A stretch of DNA of 62,941 nucleotides, filler included, from Octopus bimaculoides (GCF_001194135.2; 4 parts of 3 records of this genome joined end to end with filler, not necessarily neighbours in it); one strand, 5' to 3'; counted from the whole stretch's first letter, positions 12,191 through 25,110 are shown. Notes: generated by a model not told the origin, from the sequence alone. Numbers and translations are program-made.

Positions 12191-13204
12191 GCATTCTTGA
12201 AGGATTTTTCATTTGTTATATTTACTTTACATGAAGTATTACAATGTTATGTTCTTTGATTATCTCCCTTGAAAACACGTTCATTGTTTGCACGTAACCT
12301 ATGGTGGTGTTGCTGTTTCCAAAGTTTATTTTCGTTTCTCTATTAGTAATTTTACTCGCGTATCTATCTTAAAATGAGCTGCATGGCATAGGTCTGCGCT
12401 CTCCGAGTGCTTTTCTAGTTCTATCAATATATCCTTTTGTGAAAATGGTAGGTTGGTATAGTGAAGGTGTGTGACTCAGCGGTCAGATTATTGAACCTAT
12501 GATCATAAGGTCGTGGGTTTGATTCCTAGACAGGGTGAAACATTTTGTCTTTGGGAAAGGCATTTCATTTCTCTTTCCGCTATTCAACTCAGCTGTAATG
12601 AATCTGAGCCAAGTGCTGATGCAGCTGTAATTAAACATTGATTTATGAAAGCTCTTTTAGAGCTTGTGAGACATACATCATCATCATTTAACGTGTTTTC
12701 CATGATGGTATGGGTTGGACAGTTTAACCAGAGCTGGTAAGCAGGAGATTTGGCTTGGTTTCTATGGCTTGATGCCCTTCCTAACACCAACGAATTTACA
12801 GTGGTGCTTTCTATGTGGCGTTGGCATGGGTGCTAGTATGTGGTGCTGGCAAAGGTACATTTTACATGGCACCGACACAAATGCTTTTGATGTGGCACCG
12901 GCACAGGGCTCTTGCAGACCAATCCTCTTCGGCAGGGGGAGTGGCATTAACACTCCTGCTGTGGAGGATGGGTATACCTGAAAATGGTTTGCAAATGATT
13001 TTAGTTGCACTAGCCTGATGTTTCTATTCTAGTTATTTACCCATACAGTTCGTGACTATTTTAAAGTTAGATAGGTAATTAATATTTATCAAAAGCATAT
13101 GACTGTAATATGAGTAGAAAGTAATAGAATCCACTATTTATAGTCAGTTCACGTAGAATGATTGAAATAGTGTCTTATATTGTTTTTTTAATATTTTTTT
13201 CAAG

Positions 13205-13284
13205 GAATGGAGACCATATACATACCAACTTCAAAGACATGTATCAACACTTAAGAAATAATGGATATTTTGTTGAAGTATTAG
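13205..13284 (+). CDS. MBTPS1: S1P exon: (W)[26 protein letters not shown](G)
   Basis: ttttcaag| ... |gtgaga; 80 nt, phase 2-1. Matches human [27 protein letters not shown]. Confidence 0.97.
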
Positions 13285-13406
13285 GTGAGATATTTGTTTT
13301 TCATCTTCTCAGTGTTACTGTGTATTAGTTCCTGTTATTATAATTGCTTAACATTAACATTGTTTTGTGGAATAGATTGTTGAAAGTGGTTCATATTAAT
13401 ATCACT

Positions 13407-13457
<51 letters not shown>

Positions 13458-13916
13458 ATTGTGTTCTTTCTTGATAGGTGGTGTGTGACAGCAAACGCTT
13501 GAGTTTCTTTTAATGTATATTTAAAGTTTCTTTTCACATGTGTATTTATACTTACTTTAAATCAGTCATGAACAAACTGCAACTTTGTTGGGACTTTCTG
13601 AATGGCATGCCAATGAAAAGTTACCTTGAATTTTATAATTTTATTAGTAGTTTAGCCTGCCTGATGATGAACCATGTTTCACGTGGCCTGCTTCTTGATA
13701 AAGCTTACCTACACTTGATCTAAATTAAAATGATTTCTTACATTGGAAATATATCATAGACGTGTGTGTAGTCAATTGAATCAGCTTCATTTGATTTGGA
13801 AATTTCTTGTAAAATTCATGCTGATATTACTTTTTGAATTTGTATAAATGTGTATTGTATGAAAATATATTTTTTAACATATTTCTTTATCTTATTCTTT
13901 TTTTCTCATCATTCAG

Positions 13917-13952
13917 GATCACCATATACCTGTTTTGATGCCAGTCAATATG
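13917..13952 (+). CDS. MBTPS1: S1P 36-nt exon: (G)SPYTCFDASQY(G)
   Basis: cattcag| ... |gtgagt; phase 1-1. Matches human APFTCFDASQYG. Confidence 0.95.
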
Positions 13953-14635
13953 GTGAGTTTTTATGTAATAAATATTTAACATATTGTAATAAAACATAAT
14001 GTAGTTATTGTTCCGGTTATGGTTTTAGTGGGATCCTATTAAATGTGCTTGAGCAATCTTGTAGATGTAGGTAGGCAATAGAATATGAACTTATAATATC
14101 ATCATCATCATTATTTAATGTCCATCTTCCATGCTAGTATGGGTGGGATGGTTTCACAAGAGCCAGCCAGGCAGAACCCTGCACTAGACTTTAAAGAGAA
14201 TAGGAAAAAAAAAAGAAACAATAAAAAATGTTAGCAAGTCAGAATAAAGAAGGTAAATGATTAATGATTGTGAGAATATCTGAAAGAAGTCAAACTGAAG
14301 CGCTAGAAGAAAATGGGAGAAAATTTGGTGCAAAAACTATTTTGAATTATTGAAAGGAAGCATAAATATGATCTGTCACTTTTAGCAGACATTTTATATT
14401 TTGTCAACTTCCATTAACTTTGATTATATGTATTTGTGTTGTATATATGTGTGTGTGTGTGTGTGTGTGTAGAGTATTTAGGAAATTACTTGATACAGTT
14501 ATAATATTTAGAGAAAGATTTTTTCCAAAAAGTTAAGATTAAGAGCAAAACTTTTTGGAGAGTAGAATGGTACTAACCTTTAGGAAGGAATTTCACAAAT
14601 TGTGTGCAGGCTTTAATTAATGTGTAATTTTTGGG

Positions 14636-15253
14636 TGAGAAGACCTGGCAAGCCAGGTGAGACCATGGCCCGTGGCCTTTGCCAGGGGTGTAGCCAGCCC
14701 ACTTATGCGTACCTTTCCTTCATTGGACACTAAACTCTGCTTGTGAAGACCTATTGAGGCAAGTGAAATCGAAATTGAACCAAATTCAATGACTGGCACC
14801 CGTGCCAGTGGAGCGCTTAGAGCTCCATTCGAACATGATCATTGCCAGAGCAGCTGTCTGGCTTCTGTGCCAGTGGCACGTAAAAAGCACCATTTGAACA
14901 TGATCGTTACCAGCATCGCCTTACTGGCACTTGTGCCAGTGGCATTTGAAAAAACATTCTAGCGAGGTTGTTGCCAGTGCCACTGGACTGGCTCCTGTGC
15001 AGGTGGCACGTAAAAAACACCATTTGAGCGTGGTCATTGCCAGTACCTCCTGACTGGCCCTCATGCCGGTGGCATGTAAAAGCACCCACTACACTCTCGG
15101 AGTGGTTGGCGTCAGGAAGGGCATCCAGCTGTAGAAACTCTGTCAGATCCAATTGGAGCTTGGTGCACCCATCTGGTTTGCCAGTCCTCAGTCATATTGT
15201 CCAACCCATGCTAGCATGGAAAATAGATGTTAAACGATGATGATGATGATGAT
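14636..15253 (+). mobile_element. RTE 3' end/UTR copy with (GAT)n tail
   Basis: Reverse-complement match to 10723-11320 over ~600 bp. Confidence 0.88.
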
Positions 15254-15688
15254 ATACATATATATATATATATTCAGATGAATATGGTACTTAAGTTGAG
15301 GCACTAGAATTTAGTACGGTATTATCCATACAATTTCAAAATAAGGTGCATTTAAATTGATGTAATGGTTGCATTGTTCAATTAAATGGAGTTGTGTGAA
15401 ACGATTGTACTGCGTTACCTCTGGATATCCTTGTTGCATATTTTGATTTTATATATATATATATATATNNNNNNNNNNNNNNNNNNNNNNNNNNNNNNNN
15501 NNNNNNNNNNNNNNNNNNNNNNNNNNNNNNNNNNNNNNNNNNNNNNNNNNNNNNNNNNNNNNNNNNNNNNNNNNNNNNNNNNNNNNNNNNNNNNNNNNNN
15601 NNNNNNNNNNNNNNNNNNNNNNNNNNNNNNNNNNNNNNNNNNNNNNNNNNNNNNNNNNNNNNNNNNNNNNNNNNNNNNNNNNNNNNNN

Positions 15689-15744
15689 GACTGGTATAAT
15701 GTATCTGTGATGAGGAAAGTGAAATTTTATGATGAAAATACTCG
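15689..15744 (+). CDS. MBTPS1: S1P exon, 3' part only (5' part in N gap 15469-15688): DWYNVSVMRKVKFYDENT(R)
   Basis: Starts directly after the N run and ends at |gtaatt. Matches human DWYNTSVMRKVKFYDENTR. Confidence 0.93.
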
Positions 15745-16947
15745 GTAATTATTATTATTATTATCACTATTATTATTATTATTATTATGATGACTACCTG
15801 GCAGAATCATTAGAGCATCAGACAAAATGCTTAGTGGCGATTCTTCCAGCTCTTTATGTTTTGAGTTTAAATTCAGCCAAGGTCAACTTTGTCTTCCATT
15901 CTTTTGGTGGGGTCGATAAAATAAGTTCCAGTTGAGCACTGGAGTTGATGTAATCAACTAGCATCCTCCTTTAAAATTTTGGGCTTTATACCTATAGTAC
16001 ATAGGATTATTCTTTTTCTTCTTCTCACTTGCTTTTTTTTTATTTTCTCCTCTCTATCTTCAGCATTTTTTTTTGTCTTTCTTTTGTATTTCTCTTGTGT
16101 CTTTTATTTTTTTTGTAAATTCAGTCTGGAGGATGGGGTAGTGCCCATAGCCTTCAGAAGTCCTCTAAGACTTTTTATTTCATTTCTTTTATTGTCATTA
16201 GTCAACTGGTTGACTGTTTAACCAATTAACTAATTAATTGTTTGATTAATCATTTACTCAATCAGCCAATGAGCTAGGTTTGGCAAAGACTTTCATTACC
16301 GTTTGTGATCTCGTCACTAGACGGACCTAAAGCAGACTTGGAGTAAAGAGGGCATGTCAATGATGAGGTCACAAATGGCACTGAAAGGACTTTGATGAAC
16401 TTAGCTGATTGATTGATTGACCTGCAGCAGGAATATTCATCAACCACTTCGCGTCACGATTTGCTAGAATATTACCCATGTGATCAACAAATTCTGGCCA
16501 ATCATGACTTCGCATGGAATAGACACTAGCAACAATTTCATCTTTTTTGTGCACTTCTTTCTGAGCCTAACCATCAGTATAAATTTGGCACACCTTGACT
16601 ACTTGACAGAGAGTGTTGGGATGCAGCAGAGAGTGTTGGGATGCAGCAGAGAGTGTTGAGAGACGGCAGAAATGAGACAGCAGACAGATGGTGAACAAAT
16701 GATGGTGACAGCTGTTGACCCAAGCTGACAACAACCACAATAAATGAGCGGTGACAGCAACATGATGACCAGCAGCTGTCTTTTTGACTGCTATTTCTAT
16801 TACACTAAGAACAACATCCAAACTCTCCCAACATTTTGTTGTTCGTAGTAATGACAATATTTGTTTTTGTGTATGAAAAGAATACAAATTTGTTTATCAA
16901 AATTCGAAATAGATTTCATCATCTTTGTCCTTGTACAGACCGGATGG

Positions 16948-17173
16948 TTAACCCATTAGTGCCCAAATTTTTTTATTTAATTTAGTGCCAAAAATCTTTT
17001 TTTTATACAACTTTATCTGATACTAAATATATAAAAAAAATTTTATTACAATATTTGAAAGACACTCCAGTCTTGATGACTAACTAAAGATATCTCAGAA
17101 AAATACAGGTGTTGCAGAAATATGATGGATTATCCTTCTAGTCTTAAAAAAGACCATGGCAGTAATGGGTTAA
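16948..17173. mobile_element. piggyBac-like MITE, second family
   Basis: ttaa-cccattagtgcc ... ggcagtaatggg-ttaa: 16-bp inverted termini (1 mismatch) including TTAA. Confidence 0.72.
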
Positions 17174-17381
17174 TCAAACAGCTATTTAATTAGTTAAATG
17201 GTTAACCAATTGACTAATGATAAAAGAAATGAAATAAAACCAATGCATTTGTTTACTATTGGCATTACGACCCTTTCGAAATACAAAATATTGTGTTTAA
17301 TAAATGTGTTACGAATTAGTTGTTTTTCACTTGAGTAATATCTCTAACAAATTCATTTCTCATTCTATGACTCTATTGTAG

Positions 17382-17462
17382 ACAATGGTGGATGCCTGAC
17401 ACAGGTGGTGCCAATATTCCTGCCATTAATGACTTATTGGCATCATTAGGAATGATGTTCAG
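17382..17462 (+). CDS. MBTPS1: S1P exon: (R)[26 protein letters not shown](S)
   Basis: ctattgtag| ... |gtaagg; 81 nt, phase 2-2. Matches human [19 protein letters not shown]. Confidence 0.96.
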
Positions 17463-17704
17463 GTAAGGATAAAAATTTATGTGGGCATGTGTATGTCTGC
17501 ACAGATGTGTGTTGGGGTATCATGTGGGCTATATGTGCATGTGTGGCTGTGTGGTTAAGGAGCTTGCTTCACAATGATTTAATTTCAGGTTCAGTCCCAA
17601 TGTGCAACACCTTTGGCAAGTGTCTTCTACTATAGGCCTTGGGCAGACCAAATCCTTGTAAGAAGCATGTAGTATATGTATATGTATGTGTCTGTGTTTG
17701 TGTG

Positions 17705-17736
<32 letters not shown>

Positions 17737-18479
17737 TGCATGTGTGTGTGTGTCTCCTTGTTTTGACATCATGTAGTTTGTTGTAAATGAGTGTCGCTAT
17801 TATGCAAGCAGTGTTATTTATTTCCAATATTCTGTAAAAGCCTGTCTGAAAAAAGACAAGGCAATATGTAATTATACATGTGTGTGTGTGTGTGTGTTTG
17901 TGGGTTTGTATTTACCCATGTCTTGATTTAATGTGATGGTTGTAAATGAGCTTCACTGTTGTTTAAGAGGTGTTGTTCATGTTCAGTCTTCTGTGAGAAA
18001 CATGTCTGGCCAAATGGACATATTAACTTACTTGGAAATAAGTGAGAGTTAGCAACAGGGAGGGCCTCCAGCCATAAAAAAATTGCTTCAGTGAATTCAG
18101 TCAGCATGGGAAAGTGAATGATAATTCATTTTCTTTTGCATGTTTGATTGCAATTTTGGTTCTGATCAATAGCTTGATAACAACTTGCCAGACCTTGATC
18201 AGATGCTCCTTGTCTGCTGTGCACAACACCTTTACTGTTAACAGTTCCATTCCTGTTAGTGCAGTTGTGGTTATTATTTAATTTTGACATCAGTCATTTA
18301 GAGGTAGCATTTGTAAAGTCGTGCAATTGCCAGTATTTTTATTGTGGCACCATCACCAGGTGGGGTGCTAGCCAAGGCTCTGAGAGTCCACACCTACCCT
18401 TGTGTATACTGTTTTTAGTGCCAATCTCGTTCACTCCATTGTTTTATATCTTTGTATTTGACATTCACACTCCTGAGAA

Positions 18480-18522
<43 letters not shown>

Positions 18523-18705
18523 TAGTCATATTTTTATAATGTGCTTTCACTGCACTACCAAGTTCAGCTCTGTGTGCCTTGGGTATGTGCTGTAGTTTGT
18601 TGTGATGCTCTTATAGTTACTGTATTGAAAGCGTTTTACATAGGATGTGTGTGGTGCCTAGTAGTGCTATTTTCTGTGTATTATATATATTTCTTAGTCC
18701 TGGTG

Positions 18706-18750
<45 letters not shown>
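18480..18750 (-). mobile_element. R4/Dong-like LINE 3' end embedded in (TAA)n
   Basis: Reverse complement of 30447-30715 (…QKIALLG..HIL.K.LSIQ* plus UTR), with (ATT)n tracts on both sides. Confidence 0.82.
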
Positions 18751-18752
<2 letters not shown>

Positions 18753-18758
18753 TTCTAG

Positions 18759-18802
18759 TGATCAAGTGTTTGAAGGAGAACTCTTCCTTGGAGGCCACGA
18801 AT
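18759..18802 (+). CDS. MBTPS1: S1P 44-nt exon: (S)DQVFEGELFLGGHE
   Basis: atttctag| ... |gtaaga; phase 2-1, linking the flanking exons in frame. Aligns to human DGLYEGEFTLANHD. Confidence 0.9.
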
Positions 18803-19571
18803 GTAAGAATATATATTTTCTGTCTTTACTCTCTTTTTCCCATTCATTTCCCAAAGTCCTCATAGTTAAAGACATTGTTTCAATGTTCTGCAGCTTCTGA
18901 GTCATCTTATTTTGCTATAGCCTTTTGAACCTCCAAAACATTCTTGGGACATGTCTGTGTTTCCTTAGTAACAAAAAAAAAAAAAAGAATTCCTTTCACA
19001 TGAGATTTGTTGCTTTTTTTTTATGTCTTTACTAGTTTATCCTTTCTGTCAATAATGATGTCAAACGTTTGTTTATTCAAACAAATAAATAGTGAAAATT
19101 ATTATAAAAAGAGTGAAAAATTCCTTGTTAATGGTTTTTGCAAATGTTGAAATTCAATCTTAGGATGAATAACTCTTCTTGTTTCTTTTTGTTAGTCACT
19201 GTTTATGTACGTTCACAGTTGCCCACTACATACATAATACACACATGCACATACATGCACAAATATGTACATACATGCATACACATGCACACACATAGCT
19301 TGCACAAACATATACATAGTTCACACACACACAAAATTCAAACACATACATGGATATATATCCAACACACACATGCTCACACATATTACAAACAGTCACA
19401 TCTCACACAATATTACTTACATATAAAGGCATATGTTGTGTGTAGCGAATAGTCATGTATATATATGTGTGTGTATATATATATAGTTTTGTATATAAAC
19501 ACGTTGAAAATTATTATTCACTATGTGTATTCATTCACTAAATATTCTGTGTTATTATACACTTAATATGT

Positions 19572-19602
<31 letters not shown>

Positions 19603-20419
19603 ATAAAACTGTTCAAGGTTGCTCACTACATAAGAAGCATAGACAAGCACAGTCTGTATATATACACACAAAAATACATTTTCAAGGTCATTAGCTATAT
19701 GTACATGCATGTATAAAGGTATTTATGCATGCTTATGTAGATACATACAACAGTACATATGTACAGATACACACATGGATCATATATACACAGCTCACAC
19801 ATATATATGCACATACAGCTCACACACATACATGCATATATTCAGCTCACACCTTATACGCATACATCCCGCTTACATATAAGTAGATTCATGTCTCACA
19901 TGACAATGTTTACGCACACATTTACATACACTCACATGGGGTCAATATTGCGTAATATAATAATCACACTACCCATTAGTTTTAACTTGTGGTAGAATTC
20001 CCAACAAATGAGTCTATGTATTTCCAGAAATTCTCTCAGGATGCATAACTGTTTAATATCCACTAAATAAAATATAGTAGTTTCTGTATGCAAAAAGAAT
20101 CAAAATTGTACAGTATGTTGCATTATGTTGATTAGATCTTCATATATTTTACTCTGTGAAATGGTTGGTGTTAGGAAGGGTATCCAGCCATAGAAACCAT
20201 GTCAAATCAGACTGGGGTCTGTGCTGCTCTCCAGCTTGCCAAATCTGTTCAAACCATCCAATCCATGCCAGCATGGGCAACAGATGTTAACTGATGATGA
20301 TGAAACAGATGTTTCTATTTGGGACATATCTGTTCTCTAAATCCCCTTTTATTTGTTCAATAAAATTCAATATATCTTAGAATTTCATGGTTTTGCAGTT
20401 TCTATAGACATACAGACAT

Positions 20420-20640
20420 TACAAGGGGTTGCTGAAAAGTTCCTGGCTCTGGGTAAAAGAAAATACAAGAGGATCAGTTAATCATGATTTTATTCAACAT
20501 TTTCCCCTCTCAGATTCACACACTTATCGCAGTGGTCCTTCAGTTTTTCTAAGCCCTGTAAAAGAACTCAGAAGGCTGGGCCTCTAACCAAGCATTTTGT
20601 GATACTCTTAAAGCCAGGAGATTTTCAGCACCTCTTTGTA
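20420..20640 (-). mobile_element. Mariner-derived MITE (internal deletion)
   Basis: TA-flanked TIRs tacaaggggttgctgaaaagttcctggct / agccaggagattttcagcacctctttgta. The interior minus strand resembles the mariner C-terminus (GLEKLKD..DKCVNLRG). Confidence 0.75.
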
Positions 20641-21027
20641 TATACCAAGGTAGTCAAATTTAGATGTTTCACATGTGTATATGAATGTGAGTGTGTGTGT
20701 CTGTGTTTTTCTCTCTTCTTCCCTTGGCATTGCATGGTAGTTGTAAATAAGTGTCACTGTTATACAAGCAGTATCCTTCATTTCTCATCTTCAGTGGAAA
20801 CATGGTCATAGGGAAATGTTACCTTACTTGGAAACAGGTGAGGGTTGGTGACAGGAAAGGCATCTGGCCATAGAAAATCTGTTTCAACAAGTTCTGTCTT
20901 ATGTATGCAGGCATGGAAGAGTGAACATTAAAACAATGATGATAACAAAAGATATGGCAGTTGTATTTCGATTATTTAATCTGAAGAGAGTAAAGATATC
21001 AGGATCGGTAGAGCATGAAATAAAATA

Positions 21028-21436
21028 CAGTGCCACTTCCAATGGACTGGCCCCTATGCAGGTGACACGTAAAATACACCATTTTGAGCGTGGCCGTTGA
21101 TCGTTACCAGCGTCACCTCCCTGGCACTTGAGCCAGTGGCATGTGAAAAGACATTCAAGCGAGATCGTTGCCAGTGCTGATGGACTGGCTCCTGTGCAGG
21201 TGGCATATAAAATACACCATTTTGAGCGTGGCCGTTGCCAGTACTGCCTGACTGGCCCTCGTGCCTGTGGCACGTAAAAGCACTCACTACACTCTTGGAG
21301 TGGTTGGCGTTAGGAAGGGCATCCAGCTGTAGAAACTCTGCCAAATCAGATTGGAGCCCGGTGTTGCCTCCTGGTTCACCAGTCCTCAGTCAAATCGTCC
21401 AATCCATGCTAGCATGGAAAGCGGACGTTAAATGAC

Positions 21437-21476
<40 letters not shown>
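21028..21476 (+). mobile_element. RTE 3' UTR copy with long (GAT)n tail
   Basis: Same terminal ~200 bp as 14636-15253, with a rearranged internal repeat array. Confidence 0.85.
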
Positions 21477-21510
21477 CAGTATTTAGTGATATCCTCTTTA
21501 TATTCTGAGT

Positions 21511-21951
21511 TTAATCTTTTAGCTTTTAAACAGGCCATATCTGGCCAAAATATTCTATCTGTTTTATGTTCAAACTGGCCAGATCTAGTTTCTCAAACCA
21601 ACCCTGCAATATTCTAAAAATGAATAGCTACTTCATCAAAATTTTATGGCTACAAAACCATACATGATTAATTCAAAACAACGTGAATAAATAAGAATCA
21701 CTTTTGACAGAATAATGTGAATGCTAAAGGGTCAACTCTTTTGACTGCACCTGATTTTGATTTTGTGATGCCAAATTCCTGTTTTAAACCAATCTAAAGT
21801 AAAACCTTCCATGAATATTTCATTTTATGTTCCAAACACTAACTTAACATTGACAAGCTTATATTACTAATTTCTTCATTATTTTCAAAATTAATTGAAA
21901 AAAAAAATGCCAGTATATTTCATTAGAAATATGGTGACAAAAAAAGGTTGA
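21511..21951. mobile_element. Two adjacent piggyBac-like MITEs sharing one T(C/T)AA site
   Basis: 21511-21735 is an inverted copy of the 1433-1660 family and ends gaatgctaaaggg-tcaa. 21732-21951 begins at the same tcaa (ggtcaactctttt ... aaaaaggttgacc). Confidence 0.65.
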
Positions 21952-22124
21952 CCTTGTCTTTTAAGTTTTGCTGTTGTATTAGTGCACTTGTGAGTTCATT
22001 TGTTCTTTCTTCCCTCCCCCCCTTTCTCTCTCCATTTTAATTTTATTTATTCAATTAATTAAAACAAAGGGTTTTAAATAAAGTTGGTTTTAATGTGTTT
22101 TACATATATTTCTGTATTTTTCAG

Positions 22125-22202
22125 TGTATTATGCATCTGGCACAAGTATAACAAAGTTTCCTCCAGATGGGATAGTTATCTCACATAAACTCAAAGACCA
22201 AG
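22125..22202 (+). CDS. MBTPS1: S1P exon: (L)YYASGTSITKFPPDGIVISHKLKDQ(G)
   Basis: tttttcag| ... |gtaagt; 78 nt, phase 1-1. Matches human [26 protein letters not shown]. Confidence 0.96.
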
Positions 22203-22378
22203 GTAAGTTATTTCAGCTGGTCTTATTTCTAGATTTCTGTGTCAGGAAAAATATTCATATTAAATTGAAAAAGTGCGTGCATGCACACACACACACACAC
22301 ATCCATGCACACTTACACATGCATACATATTGGACTTTTTCTTGTTTCTGTTTACCAAATCCATTTGTATGGCTACAT

Positions 22379-22421
<43 letters not shown>

Positions 22422-23481
22422 GTACTGTTTGCTTATTGATAGGATCAGCAAGGTACTCAATTGGGTGAGAGATAATTATCATTTAATGACTACAGCGGTT
22501 TTATGTGAACTATTTTAAGTTTCATGCTTGGATAGTACTTTAATTGTACGGGCTTGTATAACATACTGATTTGAGCCTGAATGAGTGTTAGATCATGACC
22601 AGCATGCTATACAAGCATGGCTAATTACTGCACTATCTGAACATGAAACTTGAATTTGTAGCCTGGTGTGGCCTCCGGCCATACCAACTCCTGTCAAACT
22701 GTCCATCATATACCAGCATGGAAAACGGATGCTAAATAATAATAATAATGATGATGGCAGTGTCCTCTTTCCTTGTCGTCGTCGCCACTACCGCCGTCGT
22801 CCCCTCCTCTTCTCTTCCTCCTCCTCCTGACCATGTAGATTTTCAATATACAGGATACTCCATTGTAATTTTTTAGCAAATTTTTCATCAGAACTAGAGA
22901 ATAAAAGGTATTATATGCCTGTTGTTATTGTAGCAGTATGAACTTAGGGAGAAAATATCCCAACTATAATTTGGAGTGGCAGAAGAGAATAACAACAGGG
23001 GCCAAGAGCTGGTAGTATAGTTACATTTATCTTTCTCCTTGCCACAATCAAAAGATCTAATGCAGCTAGTATTCTACAATTTGACATTAGTTTATCATCA
23101 GCAGCTAGAACTTAACTGTCAATTCCCAATGGTTTTAATTCTTAGTGGATGTAGACTAATTAGCTGTATTGGATCTGATGAAAAATTTACTAAAATATTA
23201 TAATGGAGTATTCTGTATGTTGAAAACCTATATGGTCTTATGCATCCAAGGAAGACGGTGTATTTCAAATTGATGTAATGCTTGCATTGATTGATTAAAT
23301 GGAGCTGCCTAAAACGGCTGTAATGTACTAATGCCTTGACATTCTTGTTACTATTTGCTTTTTATTCACCTTACTCCAAGCTGTGTGGATAATACTGGAC
23401 TGACTTGGTGCCTCAACTTAAGTACTTAATTCAACTGAATTTTAATTATTTCTTATATATATATATATATATATATATCTA

Positions 23482-24324
23482 CAGGGTGTGATGGGTAAAT
23501 TATCACCATTTTATGTTTTTAATTTCACACATGTGTATTGTTGGTTTCTGATTTTATCAACTACAGAGTATAGTAGGGTGAGTTGGGCACCGTCTGTGAG
23601 AAAAACAGCACCATGATGCAATTCACTCTGTCGGCATGTGTGCCGGAAGCTCCAATACGAACATTTCAGAGTGTTTGGGTGTCAGTCTGAGGACATGTAC
23701 CAAGAGTGATAAGAATCAGACATCCAGTCAACATCATGGTGTTTGGAGTGATCACTAGTGTTGGTGACATTATGCCTCCATTCATCTTCCCACACAACCT
23801 CACTCACACTCAACACAGGCCTACATCAAGTGCCTGGAGGAGGTAGTGTTGCCCTGGGTCAAAAGGGTGGCTGCTGGAAGTCCTTATGTCTGGCAACAGG
23901 ACTCTGCACCATGCCACACGAGCAGAAGAACCCAGTCATGACTTTCAGGCAGTTTCTGCGACCACATCCCCCTAACATCTGGCCACCTAACTCCTCAGAC
24001 AGCAATCCCCTTGATTATTACCTGTGTAGTGTAGTTGAACGAGAGACCAACAAAACTCCTTGTAACATCAATGATGAACAAAAGGTAAAGATTATGGCAG
24101 TATTCACCAACTTAAACAAAGAGACCGTCCAGAAGAGTTGCAGGAGATTCCGAAGTCGTCTGGAGGCCGTGGTTGAAACCAATGGCGATTTTATTGAATA
24201 AATTTACTCTTTAGTATTTCGAGATATTTTAATGTAATTTTAGTAAATATATCTGTTAAAATGAAATGTCAGTGTTATTTTCATATTTGCGTAATTTAGA
24301 CGACAGTTTATTCGTCGCACCCTG
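23482..24324 (+). mobile_element. Tc1/mariner superfamily, maT/mori-like (DD37D) internally deleted transposon
   Basis: TA TSD (23480-81, 24325-26) and TIR cagggtg(t/c)ga. Residues VWQQDSAPCH ... WPPNSSDSNPLDY; D-to-D spacing is 37 after correcting one 1-nt deletion. Confidence 0.85.
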
Positions 24325-25110
24325 TATATGTATATATAAAAAGCAAACAGGTTTGTCGATTATAAAATTTAAGATCTGGAATCCGTGGATATTGGTGTTC
24401 AGTGTCGGCCAAAGTTAATCATACAGCGTCGTTTGTTATTTTACAGAAGTAATTAACGCTTTATACATGCTTCCTATATGCAGCAAGACTGGTTGAGTGT
24501 TTGGTAGCTAAGTGTATTATTAACCAGCCATATGATTTCACCATTCTCAATGGAAGGTAGCTTCATATGATTGAGTCGTTAACAATTACCGCTCGTATAT
24601 TTATAATCAAAAAGCGACATGTAACATCAAGGGAGACAACTCTGATGTTTTATTGTAAGGGGTAACAACTCGTGTACTTTCACTATATAAAAATAGTGAT
24701 TATATATACAGTGTATCCCTGTTTATTCGCGGAACTAATGATTGTTCGCGGAAACCAAACAATACCAGTTGTCAAGCAGTGGTGCGTGAAACAAACACAC
24801 ACGATGGCATTCTTTCAGTTTCCATCTTTCAAATGCACCCAAGGCTTTGGTTGTCCTGGGGATATAGGTAGAAGATGCTTGCTCAAGGTGCTTCATACAG
24901 TAGGATTTAGAGTGGAACCATGTGGTTGAGAAGCAAACTTCTTACCGAACAGTTACGCTTATTTAAAACACACACACACACACACACACACAGACACATA
25001 TACTCACAGCCTTATTACTGCAAAAAATAATTGTATTCATTAGTTTAATTTTTTGAAAAACGTTTCCATGAGTTAATTTACATTTTCCTAAATTCTTTAA
25101 TTCTTTAAAG

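Noticed and set aside
14860-15090. CRISPR-like repeat-spacer pattern in the RTE UTR
   Set aside because: Units are diverged with no unique spacers, the context is a eukaryotic LINE, and there are no cas genes.
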